Virus record (IMG/VR): IMGVR_UViG_3300020469_000021
Span: 40,957-104,956 of that record
Source: a virus
Strand: one strand, 5' to 3'
DNA: 64,000 nucleotides
Below are positions 11,254 through 24,537 of this stretch, piece after piece. Position numbers and translations under genes: made by a program. Within the stretch, counting starts at the first letter, position 1. Every line of letters begins with the position of its first letter. Under the pieces are notes generated by a model. It was not told where the DNA came from, did no database searches, and worked only from the letters and a program-made list of their open reading frames with translations.

Positions 11254-12447
11254 ATGAAAAAACTAGACACACTATATAAAGTAGATACCAAAGGTAAATT
11301 GCGTGAATGGACTATGCACATTGATGGCAATTCATTCTATGCAGTCAAGGGTCTTGTCGAAGGCAAAAAGACCCAAGACAAAGCTACGACTACAATCGCT
11401 AAAAATGTTGGCAGATCAAACGAAACAACTCCCGAAGAACAAGCGGAGCTTGAAGCGCAAGCAAAGTTTCAAAAGAAATTAGATTCGGGCTATGCGCTTA
11501 ATGAAATAGACGCGCAAGACAAAAAGTTCTACGAACCAATGCTTGCACATAATTATAAAGATCGCAAGAGTGAAATTGAGTACCCGATCTACTCCCAACC
11601 AAAGCTCGATGGCATTCGTTGTATCGTTCGCATGGAAGGTGATATGCTCGTAGGACGCACTCGTAATGGCAAGGAGATAGAGTGTATCCCTCATATTCTC
11701 AAAAGCCTCAATAGCTTCTTCCTTGACTACCCAAATGCCATTCTTGATGGAGAGTTGTATAATCACGACTTGAGGGACAATTTCAATAAGATTACTTCAC
11801 TTGTTCGCAAACAAAAACCAATTAAATCAGACAAGATGAGCGATAATGCTTTCGCAAAGAAGGTTGCTGATTACGAAGACAGGCTTGCAGAAGCAGAAGA
11901 GACGATTGAATACCATGTGTATGATGTACCTTATCTTAATCATTATTGCACAGAGAATACTACATTCGATATGCGCTTTAATCAACTTGAAAACGCTTTC
12001 AACAAAAGTGCAAACATTATTCAACATAATGTGTTGCTTGTAGAAACATCTAAAGTCGAGAATGAACATGAGCTTGACAATTTGTATGGTCAATATATCG
12101 ACTTAGGCTACGAAGGTCAAATGGTTCGCAAGGACGAATGCTACGAGAACAAGCGCAGTAAAACTCTTCTTAAACGCAAAGAATTTATTGATGCAGAATA
12201 TCGAGTTATCGACATTGATGTGGGCAATGGTAATCGTAGTGGGACTGCAAAGCACCTAGTATGCTTTTGCGAAAATACTCAAAAAACTTTCAATTCAAAT
12301 ATTAAAGGTTCATTTGATTACCTTAAAGAAATTTATGATAATCGCAAGAATTATATTGGTCAGTTAGCGACCATCAAATTTTTTCAGCTTACACCCGATG
12401 GAATACCTAGATTTCCATATGCAATCGGATTTAGAAATTATGAATAA
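11254..12447 (+). CDS. ATP-dependent DNA ligase
   Basis: PMLA, KLDGIRC, LDGELY, YHVYD, EGQMVR, LLKRK, TxDGIPRFP. Confidence 0.93.
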   Translation: MKKLDTLYKVDTKGKLREWTMHIDGNSFYAVKGLVEGKKTQDKATTTIAKNVGRSNETTPEEQAELEAQAKFQKKLDSGYALNEIDAQDKKFYEPMLAHNYKDRKSEIEYPIYSQPKLDGIRCIVRMEGDMLVGRTRNGKEIECIPHILKSLNSFFLDYPNAILDGELYNHDLRDNFNKITSLVRKQKPIKSDKMSDNAFAKKVADYEDRLAEAEETIEYHVYDVPYLNHYCTENTTFDMRFNQLENAFNKSANIIQHNVLLVETSKVENEHELDNLYGQYIDLGYEGQMVRKDECYENKRSKTLLKRKEFIDAEYRVIDIDVGNGNRSGTAKHLVCFCENTQKTFNSNIKGSFDYLKEIYDNRKNYIGQLATIKFFQLTPDGIPRFPYAIGFRNYE

Positions 12448-14367
12448 TTTTTTTATATTATGCACTTAGACAATTCACCAACACACAAATATATTTTGAT
12501 TGACACATCTTTAAAGCCTTGCTATGCTTTCATAAGTTCTGCATATTTGACAGAATATGAGGCGAAAACCAAGAACTATGCTTATGCAATGAATCGTGCT
12601 AAAAAGAAATATATATTAAAGAAAGATTGGAAATAATGAGTGCAAAAAATAGCCACTTAACAATAAGAGAAGATTTACTAGAAGAAGACCCCAACATCTC
12701 TGTTCCTATTCGATTTCTTGACCATCAAGAAGATGCTTGGATTGGAGATAGTGATACTTTATATATAGATGAAGTATATTCTCCCGAAAATGGAGAGCAA
12801 CTAGATGATATGTGGGGCTACAATATGATTATTAAAATCACCGACCCTAACCAAAAAGATCAATATGGCAATGTTTGGAAGGATAGACTAGCTTTCGCAA
12901 TATCAGCAGATTTTGATTGGAATTAATGTTATGCCAAGTAAAAAAAATCAAGCAGTAGCAAATTGGAAAGACATAAACGGAGATAATTTAGATAGCCCCA
13001 AACCGAAAGAAGTTATAATGGAGTCTAATAAAAAGTTTTACAGAGAGCAAGTAAAAACTATAATGATCGCAACGACAATGTTTTTGCAAATTATTATTTT
13101 TTTAAAAGTATTTAATTTAATATGAGTATGACAATGAGTGGAGCAAGACTCCGAGGCAATGTAGACAAAGATAAAATTTTAAGAAGGTTTGAGAATGTCT
13201 TACAATTAGTTTACATGAATTGTTTGCCAACAAAAGATGGCAGTTATAAAATTCCTAAAAAAGTTTTTGAATCCGTTCAAACTGAATTAGACTTTAATCC
13301 ACCATCAGAAAATGTTGAAGAGCAAATAAAAAAACGCTATCGAAAAAGAGAAACTTATCGTTTTTGGAAAGAGTTTTTGTGGGCATCAAAAATAGGCAAT
13401 CAAATTGACGCAAAAGAATATCTAATGAAAATATATACCCTTTGTGATAATAAAGGTGTTTATGGCAGTATGACGCATTCTCGCTACGCTTTAGAGACAA
13501 TGACTCTTGCGCTAGATGATTTGTACGGAACAAATGAAACAATCATATCCCAAACCCCATTTAGAGTAAATAAGAAAAAAGTAATTATACCTATTGTTGG
13601 CGGTCAAGGTATTGTTTACAAAAAAAAAGAAACTGAGCAGGACGATCCTGCGGATCAAGTTCCATTTTGATCTTGACTATATAAAAACAAATAGTATTAT
13701 AAACATAAATGATTACCGAAAACATAAGTACAGAAAAGTTAGAACAACTATCTCACCAAATAGTAGACTCATGGGACATGGATACCTTAATAGAGTTTGC
13801 TTTAGATAAAGTTGAGGTAGGGTTAATGAGTTTGTCAGATGAAGAATTTAATGAAGAATATGAAAGGTTTTTCAATGACAGATAAAAGTGATTTAAATAA
13901 AATAATTTTAGATTCTTTAATTTCTCTTAAAGCAAAGCAAATTAATCTTGATTCTGAATCGGGCAGACAAATAGTTGCAGATGTAGTTGAAGAAAAAGTT
14001 CAACCATATTTTTTTGATCAAATTGAAGCAATCGTTACTCCGCAAAAATCATACGCTTACTCTAAAAATGTTTGATAAATGGCAGAGCGATGACTTAGAA
14101 ATAAATAAGTTGGTAGAGAATGTTTCTCATTTAATTAATAATTGCTTACAAATACTAGATGAAAATGATTTAATTATTGTTCAAAAGAGAATGAATAGCT
14201 TATTAAATAATGGTTTTTTTTGGATGCGTCAAGACAATAGAGAAAGATTTTATTATGATTTAAAAGATTTCGCAAATTGGTTGTGTGACTTTATTGCAGA
14301 AAAAGAAAGAGAATCTTGGGATAAGTCTTGACATTTATTTTTATTTATGGCAGAATAGTATTATATT

Positions 14368-15363
14368 ATGAAATTAGGTTTAACTTGTATTAGTGAAGAA
14401 TTAAAACAGAAGGATAAGAAAAAGTATTCTTTTAAAACTATGACTCGCAAAAGATTTAACGATCTTTGTGTAAGAGATGGCAAAGATGAAGCCATTAAAG
14501 AACTATCAGAAAGGATTCTGCATAATGTTCGTACTACTCGCTATATTATTCGCCATTGCATTAGTAATAACATCCTACATTATCGTCTTAGCTCTGCTCT
14601 TTTCCCTCTTGTTACTGACGAAAAGACAGAAGTTGCTTTCGATGATTTACCCGATAAAACTTCAATACAAGAAGAGTTAGATTTTGCGGGTAAAATCGCT
14701 AAAGATTTTGGCATATCTATCGGTTCTCACCCCGATCAGTTCAATGTTCTTGCCTCTCCCGATAGAGAAAAAGTTACTCGCACAATTAATGAGTTAAATT
14801 TTCAAGCAAGCGTTCTTGATATGTTGGGTCTTCCACAAGATCATACTGCGCCAATGAACATTCACATAAACTATACTCCAAAAGCAGATGAAACGCTAGA
14901 GTTAGTTGCTACTAGATTCTTTCGTAATCTTTCTATGTGCGATAAAGGAGTTTACAAACGACTTACTATTGAGAACGAAGATAAAGGCTTCTTCAATGTA
15001 GATAATTGCATTAAATTTAGCGACTATTTATTTAAAACATTTCAAGCAAATATCCCTATTTGCTATGACAATCTACATGACTTTTGCAATCCATCAGAAG
15101 ATCACAATGTCATTTTTCAAGCAGAGCGTTGTGCATATACATGGGTGAATCAAGGAGAAGGTGATAATAATTTTCTTGCTCCTGTCTTTCATTGGTCAGA
15201 AGGTAAGCCCGAAAAACCTCGCTCTCATGCAGAGTATTTTGCTTTGGGTAATATTCCACCTGTTATTGCTATCGATCCAAATAAAGAAGTCAAGTGGGAG
15301 TGCGAAGTAAAGCAAAAAGACAAAGCTATCCGCTTAATGAGAAAAAACTTAGCTTTTGCCTAA
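14368..15363 (+). CDS. uvsE: UV damage endonuclease (UVDE)
   Basis: LGLTCI, YRLSSALFP, HPDQFNVLAS, NIH, RLTIENED, YDNLH, FHWSE, HAE, ECEVKQKD. Confidence 0.92.
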   Translation: MKLGLTCISEELKQKDKKKYSFKTMTRKRFNDLCVRDGKDEAIKELSERILHNVRTTRYIIRHCISNNILHYRLSSALFPLVTDEKTEVAFDDLPDKTSIQEELDFAGKIAKDFGISIGSHPDQFNVLASPDREKVTRTINELNFQASVLDMLGLPQDHTAPMNIHINYTPKADETLELVATRFFRNLSMCDKGVYKRLTIENEDKGFFNVDNCIKFSDYLFKTFQANIPICYDNLHDFCNPSEDHNVIFQAERCAYTWVNQGEGDNNFLAPVFHWSEGKPEKPRSHAEYFALGNIPPVIAIDPNKEVKWECEVKQKDKAIRLMRKNLAFA

Positions 15364-18167
15364 AAAAGTCTTGACTTTTTAATTAATTTACTTTAGTCTT
15401 TTGGATATGAGTGAAAAAGATACAATAGATAAAATTAGAAAACTTCGTGCTGATCGTGCGGAACGATTAAGACAGGCTATTTCTGAGCATAATCCCGAAG
15501 CATTATTCGCTGATGGTTTTGATGAGTCGATTATCGGTTATTCTAGTGATGGAAAAGTCATCTATTCTGTTGATATGATCGTAGGAACTCTTGTCAACAG
15601 AGATGGCATGACTCCCGATGAAGCGATAGATTATTTTAATTTTAATATGGAGTGCGCTTACCTTGGCGAATATACTCCAATCTATATGTACGAGGAATAA
15701 ATAATGAATAAAGGATTATACACAGAAATAGTTTGGTCTAAAGGTAGAACAAAAGAAGAGATGGTGAAACAAACATCTTGGTCTAGTTCAAAAGATTATA
15801 GTGGGCTAAGTGGTTTGAAGTTCCATTGTTACTCTTTTAATAATGATGTTCAAATTACTGCAATTACTAGCCAAGGAGTTAGCCACAATAAATATTTACA
15901 GATTCCTGTTGACAAGATCGAAGAAGTATGTAAGACTCTCATGCGATCAAAGAAACTAATGGAGAGTAATTAAATAAAGACCTATGAAAAGAGAATATTG
16001 CGTTGGAATTAAAATTATTAACTGCTTTTATGTTGAAGCAGAAAGTCGAGAGGAAGCAGAGGAAATAGTAAGAGAGTATGACCCATACAAGACTCTTGAC
16101 GATTGTGATTTTAATATTGAATATGCTGACCCTACAAATGGGGAAACTGCATGGAAAATAAAAGCAAATGAAATTGATTGGTCTGAACTTTGTGATGAGC
16201 ATGATAATTATCTTGACAAGCGCATAGATGATCTTTATGGTGATGATCCTACTTACGAAACAAAATGAATAAAAAAGCTATGGAAGGTTTAAAGAAAGAA
16301 GAAGAATTAAAAAGCGAGATAAGAGATGCTTGTTCTCATATTAAAGACTTAGAGGCAGAATTGGAATGGATGCACTCAAGAGAACCCCATGAAGTAGAAT
16401 ATATTGCTAGGCTACAAAAAGTTTTAGATGAACAATATGCAATAACTACAAAACTAGATGTTGAATTTCTCGCAACAAAAGGAATTAAATAATGAGATTA
16501 ACAAAATATCAAAAAGCTAGATTATTAGAATATAATTGGGATGTAATAACTAATGAAGTTGATGGTAAAGAGCAAAATTGCTCTTGGATAAGTATCTCTC
16601 CCGAAGATGGTGCAATTTTTGGTCAAGTTGTTGAGCATTTTAAATTGACAGGAGAAGGTGAAGATGTTAAATTGTTAGTTATTGGAACGGCTGAAGAAGA
16701 ATGAGAACTACACAAAGAGAACTTAGACAAGGCAATCCTACTATCCACGAAATGAGATATGATCTTGCCGAACAAGAGGCAATGAACATGAGTGTTACAA
16801 ATATTATTGATATGCTTGTAGATGGGTTCGAAGGATTAGATAATTTACCCGACATTGAGATAAGAGAAGAATGGGAACAAATTTTCGGTGAATTAAAAAA
16901 TTGGGAGACAAAGTAATGAATTTTAAAGAAGCACTAGGAATCGTAGTGAACGAGGCAGAAGTTTCTGCTCTTGGGGAAAGGACAGATGAACATTTAAGAA
17001 TTTTGAAAGCGTGTGAGATCGTTCAAGAATTTCTGAATCATTTAGAAAAAAATGATATATTATTTACAAATGATGAATATATATCAATAGGACAAACTAA
17101 TGAATGAGGCAAGCGTATATATATCAAACTTGCTAGAAGAAAATAAACTTTCTTACTCTGAAGCGCAAATTTTTCTTGACTATGCTTATGATTTGGTATT
17201 AGATGGGTATGGTGATCTTGAGATAGAGAAACTTATCACAGAAAATATCAATCAAAAATTAAAAGAAAAAAAATAAAATGAACAATTACTTCGCAAATCA
17301 ACCGATTCATTGGAATCAATTTAGTTCTAGGGACATCTATTTCAAAAGCAATGCTATAACCAAAAAGCTATTGCCCGAAGATAATATTTTGTCTTGGAAA
17401 ACAAAGGAAAGTAGGCATAATGAGGTAGCAAGTAAAACAGGCGCTACTGCCCAAACGAGCAGGGGTTGGAATGGGCAAGTTCATACTTACTACTCTAGGG
17501 ATAGCTACAAAGGAGTTTTTGTTCAACTTACGAATGTTAAGAAAGAATATGTTACTGCAAATTTAGACTTCATTAATTATAAACCGAAAAAAGATAGTCA
17601 AGGCAATCACCTTGCAGGTCTTGACGCTCTAGTTTACATTGGTTCTTTCCATGATAGGCATGAGTGGGTAAAAGACTCAAGCGGTAATTATAGTATGCAA
17701 AAGACAAACAAAGTGTCCCTTAATGATTACGAAGGTTATAGAATTGCGTATGGGGGTCAAGGAGATAGCAACTATCTAACTCACAGAGAGTTGATAGAGA
17801 TAGCCGACATTAGCGAATCAGTCAAAAAATTCCTTATAGACATGGTCTTGCCACTTAAAAGGGGTATTCTAAATAAAGATTTGGCTCTAGTCGCATAATG
17901 GATTTTTCTGATATATTGCAAATGAATTTTACGGCAATAACAATTACATTAGTTATTTTATTTTTGTTAATAGTTTCTTCCTATGATTAATTTGTTAAAA
18001 AGATTAGTGCGTTTGTTTCGTAAAGAAAAGCAATCTAAATTATCAGTTGCCCAAATAGATGAGTTAATTGAAACAAATAAAAATGTATTAGCGCAGTTAG
18101 GTGACGAAGCAGATTATGATGGCATGGGAGATTGGGGAAGATTCCCGCCAATTAAAAAGAAAGAATA

Positions 18168-18545
18168 ATGGATTTACAAATATCAGACTATTTACAACTT
18201 ATAGTAGGAATTTCTATTCTCTCTGTTTGGCTTCTTCACGCTCATGTGCCAACCAATTTCAGAGTTGGTCAAGCTCAAACACTAAGAGAAGAGGTTACAG
18301 AAGCAGGTTTGCCCGATTATGTTTATGATGTTATGAGAATAGTTAAACCTATTTTTGCTTTCTTTTTAATCATGGGCATACTATGGAATCCCATTACCTT
18401 GCCCTGCATGGCATTTACAACTATTTTCATGGTTGGCGCAGTTGTTATGCACATTAAAGTTAAAGATAATTTATTTAAAATGATTCCTGCCTTGACATTG
18501 CTTTTATTTTGTTTTATTATATTTACTTGTCCATCAAAATGGTAA
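18168..18545 (+). CDS. DoxX-like membrane protein
   Basis: Several hydrophobic segments; AGLP, MVGAVVMHIKVKD, PAL. Confidence 0.65.
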   Translation: MDLQISDYLQLIVGISILSVWLLHAHVPTNFRVGQAQTLREEVTEAGLPDYVYDVMRIVKPIFAFFLIMGILWNPITLPCMAFTTIFMVGAVVMHIKVKDNLFKMIPALTLLLFCFIIFTCPSKW

Positions 18546-18737
18546 ACTATATAACGACAAATGACTTTAAAAGATAAAATACAAAAAGAAATTGAAAGGT
18601 TAAGTAGCGACCATAGCGAAGAAACTATCAATCTCATAAATAATGTGTTGCTTCCAATGTTGCAATACATCAGAGATCACGAAAAAATTTTACGAGATAT
18701 TGCTAGGATTAGTGGTAAACATGGTGTATAATATGTT

Positions 18738-19031
18738 ATGCGCTATTTATTATTTTTACTATTATTGACAGGATGTGGTCAACCCACTATTATTGAAACT
18801 GAATCAGAAGACATTTCAAAAGAAATAAACGATCTTTTGGCTCAAGACAAGAAAAACAAATTACTTGAATTGGAATATTTAGAACAAATTAGAATCGCTC
18901 AAGAGAACAATGATACCGAAGCCTTTGAATTTTTTCTACAAGAATATATTGATGTGGATAGATTACAAATTCCCGAAGAATTAAAAAAAGACCCAAATTA
19001 TTTCCAAGGTGGACAGAAGGTTAAATATTGA
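18738..19031 (+). CDS. Putative lipoprotein
   Basis: MRYLLFLLLLTGC lipobox; GTGTA motif at 18724. Confidence 0.55.
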   Translation: MRYLLFLLLLTGCGQPTIIETESEDISKEINDLLAQDKKNKLLELEYLEQIRIAQENNDTEAFEFFLQEYIDVDRLQIPEELKKDPNYFQGGQKVKY

Positions 19032-19963
19032 TATGAGCCAACCCATGCAACGGCAAATTAATTTCATTAAAAATATATCCAAGTTAATTAAGCAACAGAC
19101 AGATAGAAGAAATCAATGAAAACATATTTGAGTAAAGTTTTCTATTTTTTAGGAGACTTAGTTTCTTATCTTTTGCATTATAATATAACAAGCATAATTT
19201 TTTATCCATTGTATAGATGGTTAATGTTAGTTAGTATTAGCCTTGACAAAGATAGCATTGTATGGGAGAATGTAGAAAAGAAAGAAAGCTCAAGAGCAGA
19301 TTTAATTTTAAAAGTAAAAGATGAAAATAGATTTAGGAGTAAGAGGTAGTGAGGATGCGATAAATCATATATTACTTAGAGTAAACAATGATTTTATTTT
19401 GCAGACTAAAGACAATTTATTTTTTTCGGGAGAAGAAGGTAGAGATAAAACAGGGAAAAATTTAGTTGAGTTATTAGAAACTTTATCTAAAGATCACGAA
19501 ATATCTGTTCGCAAAAATGTTGCGGAAGAAATTGAAAGAGAATTAAATTTAAATGGAGAAATAATTAAATATGTCTGAAATAAAAGAATTATGGGATTTA
19601 TCGTGGACTGATGGTTTATTGTTGACATTTATGTTGATGGCGCTATATACTTATAAGGTTTGGATAGATAATAAATTTAAGAAATAAATAAGACAATGGC
19701 ACACGATGAATTTAATAGCGGAGCAAGACATGGATTCTGCATGGCGAAACTTGCGGTCAGAGATATTGACAGAACTTTAGAGTATCCCAATGAAGAAGAT
19801 CACACGCAAAAAAGTTGGTGTTTAGCATACGAAAAATATCATGCAGAAAAAGATTTATTACACAAAATATATGAAGCAATTAACAAATCAATGGAAGAAG
19901 AAGTAAGTGAAAACGATTATTAATTTCTTGACATAATCCAAAATTTAGTCTAGTGTTTTAATC

Positions 19964-20482
19964 ATGGACACAAATGACGCAAAAGCACTTGCCCTACTTC
20001 ACATGGACGAACATGGGCTTTTTGACGAACTTTGGCATTTTGATTTTGAAGATTGCAAACGCTCTCTTGGTCGATGTCATTATACAAAAAGAAAGATTTC
20101 TTTGTCTGAATGGTATGTCGAGCTAAACAACGAAAAAGATGTAGAAGATACCATCCTACACGAAATTGCTCACGCTTTATCGTGGACAAGATATGGCAAA
20201 AAAGCCAAGGGTCATGGCAAGCTATGGAAACAGGTTTGCATAGAGATTGGCGCAACTCCGCAAAGATTGCACAAAGGTATTATAACATATCCTAACAATC
20301 ATTACAAATATATAGATACTTGTGGTTGCAATATTACTTATAAAAGGCATCGTTTAAGTGAGTTTAGATCATATCGTTGCCCAAAATGCAGAGAACCTCT
20401 TTTTAATTCCAAAAGAAAAAAAGAATGGTTATCTTCAAAAGTTACTGCTGATTATTTAATGGAAGAACTTTTTGGGGCTTGA
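19964..20482 (+). CDS. SprT-like zinc metalloprotease
   Basis: LGRC, DTILHEIAHA, GHGKLWK, C-terminal CxC...CxxC. Confidence 0.88.
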   Translation: MDTNDAKALALLHMDEHGLFDELWHFDFEDCKRSLGRCHYTKRKISLSEWYVELNNEKDVEDTILHEIAHALSWTRYGKKAKGHGKLWKQVCIEIGATPQRLHKGIITYPNNHYKYIDTCGCNITYKRHRLSEFRSYRCPKCREPLFNSKRKKEWLSSKVTADYLMEELFGA

Positions 20483-20513
20483 CAATTAGATAAACAATGT
20501 TATTCTAAGGGTT

Positions 20514-21734
20514 ATCAGTTACGAAGATTTCTATAAGGAGTTTGGTTTTGATAGGTCTGTCTACGAAGATAAGACGCTATACCAAGGCAAGACTAGAACA
20601 CAATGGTTGAGAGATACAAAAATTATGACAGACAATCCAATTAGCATAAAATTTTTTGAAGAGTGCGGGAAAATACAAAAGCCCTTCAAAAATTATGGTA
20701 TTGAAAAAAATGGAAATTATTATCCAATAGACAACAGAACTTATGTTTCTCATTCCACTTACGATGGGATTGAACCTTTAGTAAAGCATTTAGATTTTTA
20801 TTTTGCAAATTTTGCTGACAATCTTTCAAAGAAGCATACAAGAAAAGATTTCATAAATTTTGCTTTAGATTTAAATAAGTTTATGGGTGAGATCGATTTC
20901 TATTTTATTTTATCAAAAATAATGCACTTGCGAAACGCTTGTCAATTTCAAATTCAGAAAGAAGTCTCAAGAGATGCTTTGTTTTGTGATAGCTCTCAAA
21001 TAACTAGCGTTTCAGATATACCTTGGTTTCATCATAAAGTTATTGAATTTTTCTTTGAAGATTCAGATTTACCTACTTTTTTAGTTTACAGAGGTTCTTT
21101 TGATGGATTAGTAGATGAGTTTAACATTCCGCATAAAGTTGTCGGCAAGCAAGAAGAAGGAATTCATTTTTTTGCAGAAACCCCGACTTTAGGTTCGGTT
21201 CTATTTAGCGTAGATAACGAGACTTTGCCCCTTTTATTTTCAAGAAATTACAATGAATTACTTTCAGTCGTAAATTCTGACACAACTTCCAAATTAACGC
21301 TCAACTCAAAAGAGGGTGCAGAACTCACGAAAGAGGAAATCCCCCATCTAGTTAGTGGAGTCGTTACTTGTTTGAAATCTATGGTTTATGCGCATTGCGA
21401 TCCTACGCATATTCGACATAATGCACCTCAATCCACTCTAAAAGATGGCAAAGCAAAGATAAAGGGTAGACCAAAAAGCGAAGTGAATAAAATTATTTAT
21501 GTACCTAAAGTTCAATATGAGAATAGCGCCTCTTCAAATAATGCCTCAAAAGAAAAACGAAAATTTTTAGGCAAGTTACCTTATTTTCGCATTTACAAAA
21601 ATGACAGGTATGTGAACATGGAAAAGGATAAGAAATATTTTTATCCTAAAGTGTTGGGCGAAAACGGAGAAGACCCTGTTGAGCGTGAGTACACGAAATA
21701 TATTGCGAGAAAAATCAATACTCCTTTCAAATAA
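20514..21734 (+). CDS. Hypothetical protein (~375-406 aa); frame open back to an ATC at 20514
   Basis: Long ORF with protein-like upstream in-frame codons; promoter at 20479-20506. Confidence 0.65.
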   Translation: MSYEDFYKEFGFDRSVYEDKTLYQGKTRTQWLRDTKIMTDNPISIKFFEECGKIQKPFKNYGIEKNGNYYPIDNRTYVSHSTYDGIEPLVKHLDFYFANFADNLSKKHTRKDFINFALDLNKFMGEIDFYFILSKIMHLRNACQFQIQKEVSRDALFCDSSQITSVSDIPWFHHKVIEFFFEDSDLPTFLVYRGSFDGLVDEFNIPHKVVGKQEEGIHFFAETPTLGSVLFSVDNETLPLLFSRNYNELLSVVNSDTTSKLTLNSKEGAELTKEEIPHLVSGVVTCLKSMVYAHCDPTHIRHNAPQSTLKDGKAKIKGRPKSEVNKIIYVPKVQYENSASSNNASKEKRKFLGKLPYFRIYKNDRYVNMEKDKKYFYPKVLGENGEDPVEREYTKYIARKINTPFK

Positions 21735-24537
21735 TTCTTGACAAGTACGGAAAAACAATCTATTGTTCCCTTTATGAATACATCAGAAGCATTTTTAGCA
21801 AGCATACAACAATCAATCGCAAGCGCAGAGAAGATAGCAAATTCAATTCCCAAGAAGGGTCTTAATGTCTATCTTGACAAGTCAACTATGGTTATGCAAA
21901 CTTTTAGTGATCCTAGTGCATTTGCTCATGCCAAGAAAGTTACTGCAAGAGCAGGGCAATCAAGTTGCCTTCGCAATGTGTTAGATGCAGGGGGCAGATT
22001 ACAATAACGCTTGATAAAAGATGCAAAATAATTGTTTAATTACATAAATACTAATTTTTAATTAATAACACAATAAAATGCTTGACATATCATGCAAAAT
22101 GGACTTGAATAACGACATGGAAGAATTACAAACATACGAAGAATATACAAAAGATATGCCATTAGTAGATCAAATAAAATTTTATTATGATGTTGACCTT
22201 AAAGATTTTTTCCCCGATGGATGGATGGTTGACCCTTGGGAAATTGTCGCACAAGTTGCAACCAATCCTAATTGGCTAAATGAATTTAACAAAGAGTTTG
22301 AAGAAAGTTTAAGAGAAAGGGAATATATAAGATGAATGAATTAAAAGAAAAGTTAAATAAAAATATTGCTTACCATGTAGAACGAGTAGCTGAAACAGGT
22401 TCATCAAGTTTCTCTACTTGCGATTATCGTGGATGGGATAAAGATATTTGGAATCATAGACATTCTATCATTGACAAACTAGTCAGCACAGGTTATCGTG
22501 TTGAAAGTGCAGTTAATCATGGAGTGCTAGATGTAACAATAACTGCAAATTTAGAATTATGAAATATGTAAGAAAAGTTTGGAATATCGAACCACAAAAA
22601 ATGTTAGATTATATCCTTGAGGCAGACAGATCAAATGGTTTGCACAAAGAAGGAGATTATAGTCCTGTATTTTATGTTGGAAAAGATTTAGATTATATTC
22701 GTGAAGTTTATGAAGATTACAATGGTCTTGATAGTCTTACCGAAGCAGAGCAAATAGAGAACGAATATTACAGATTGGAGATAGCATAATGGAATATACA
22801 TCAGAAAATATCGACCAAGTTGCAGAGGAAATTGTCAACAATATGTCGCTAGAAGAATTAAAGGCTTTTGTATATGACGAAATTTATGGTGAAATGTTTG
22901 AAGATGAAGAGGTTTTTCAACTTAATTTAAAAAAAATATAATTATGGAATATACAGATGATAATATGCAATTAGTTGCAGAAAAAGTTGTTTTAAATATG
23001 TCTTTAGCAGACTTGCAAGCGTATGTATGCGAGGATTATTTCTTTCGATTTGACCAAGATAGTGAATTTTTTGAAGACCAAGTAAAAGAATTGGGGCTTG
23101 ACAATGAGAGTAACTAGTATAAGATATTTTGAGACAAATAGAGGTCTTGGTTATCAATGCAAAACCAACATCGATGGCATCGAAATATGGAACGATGGAA
23201 ATGGTGGAGCAACTTATTTAGATGGTGCATATAAATATACAAAAAATTTCGAGCATTTATCTGAATCATACTTAGAAAATTTAATTGACAAATACGAAAA
23301 GTGTTGACAGAATCATTTTAATATAATAAAGTATGGATATGAACGATTACATGGAAGATAATATTAATAAATTAGAATACGATTGCTTCACAGGAACTTA
23401 TTGGTTAGCCGATGAAGAGTGGGAAGAACCTATTGAATTTACTGAAGACGAATTAATTACAGAAGGAATTTATTTAAATGAGTTTAATCAAAGAGTATAA
23501 TATAAATCTTGGTCTAACCGATCAAGATATATCTGAAATTTCAGATGGTAGAATTAAGTTACATTTTTTACCAAATAACAATACCGACTATGATGAGAAA
23601 ATAACAATTTCAATCGGAAAAGTTGAGGATGATGCACCTTTATCGGAGTGCATGGATTTAGTTGTAGGAAATTTTCAAGATTCGGAAGATTTAGAACTAG
23701 GCTTGACAGGTTTATCTTAATAGTTTAATACATTGGAATAAATATGAGAGATTACCTTATTGTAAAACTTAAAGATTTAGTTGCGAATAAATTTATTCAC
23801 ATCGAAAGAGCGCAACAAATGCTTGACTCTTACGATAAAGATTTAGAAGAGCAGGGTGAAGATTCAGCTATTGAGAGGGCGCTAGATCACATAAATATTA
23901 TTATCAATACAGAGGGGCATGGAGAATGACGATAGTACAAATACAAAACTTTCTTTATGAAATAGACTCTATTTTAAGTGATGACCAAATAAATACTTTA
24001 GCAGAAGAAATATTTAATAATCAAGAAATTTTAATAGAATTAATTAACAATGAGAAATTCACATACAATTCAAATACATAAGGACAACGATTATCCACAT
24101 CACGATAAGATTTTAATTCCTGTTCTTTTTTCCTTGACAGACGAAGGCGAAAGAGTTTATGATGTTGAGCTTATGCACGAAATACTTAGAGATTATATTG
24201 AAGGAATAATTGAACATGAAAAAGTTTACTGATGAGCATGGTTGTGACGAACTTTTTTACAATCATGATTTAACTAAATATCATGGCGATCAAACTCATG
24301 GAGACAGAGAAGTAGTAAGTTGCGAGAAAATAAAATGAAAACATTTGAAATAGAAATAGCAAGCACGACTTATCGCACTTACTTTATTGATTCAGAATCG
24401 AAAGATGATGCAGTTAGTAGAGCTTTTGATGAAATGGAAGCTGATTGGGAAATAAGTAAAGCATGGAAACAGAATGCTGAAGTTAGTTTCACAGAAGAGA
24501 GAGAGAAAGAATCTGAAGAAGATTCAATGGAATTAAA

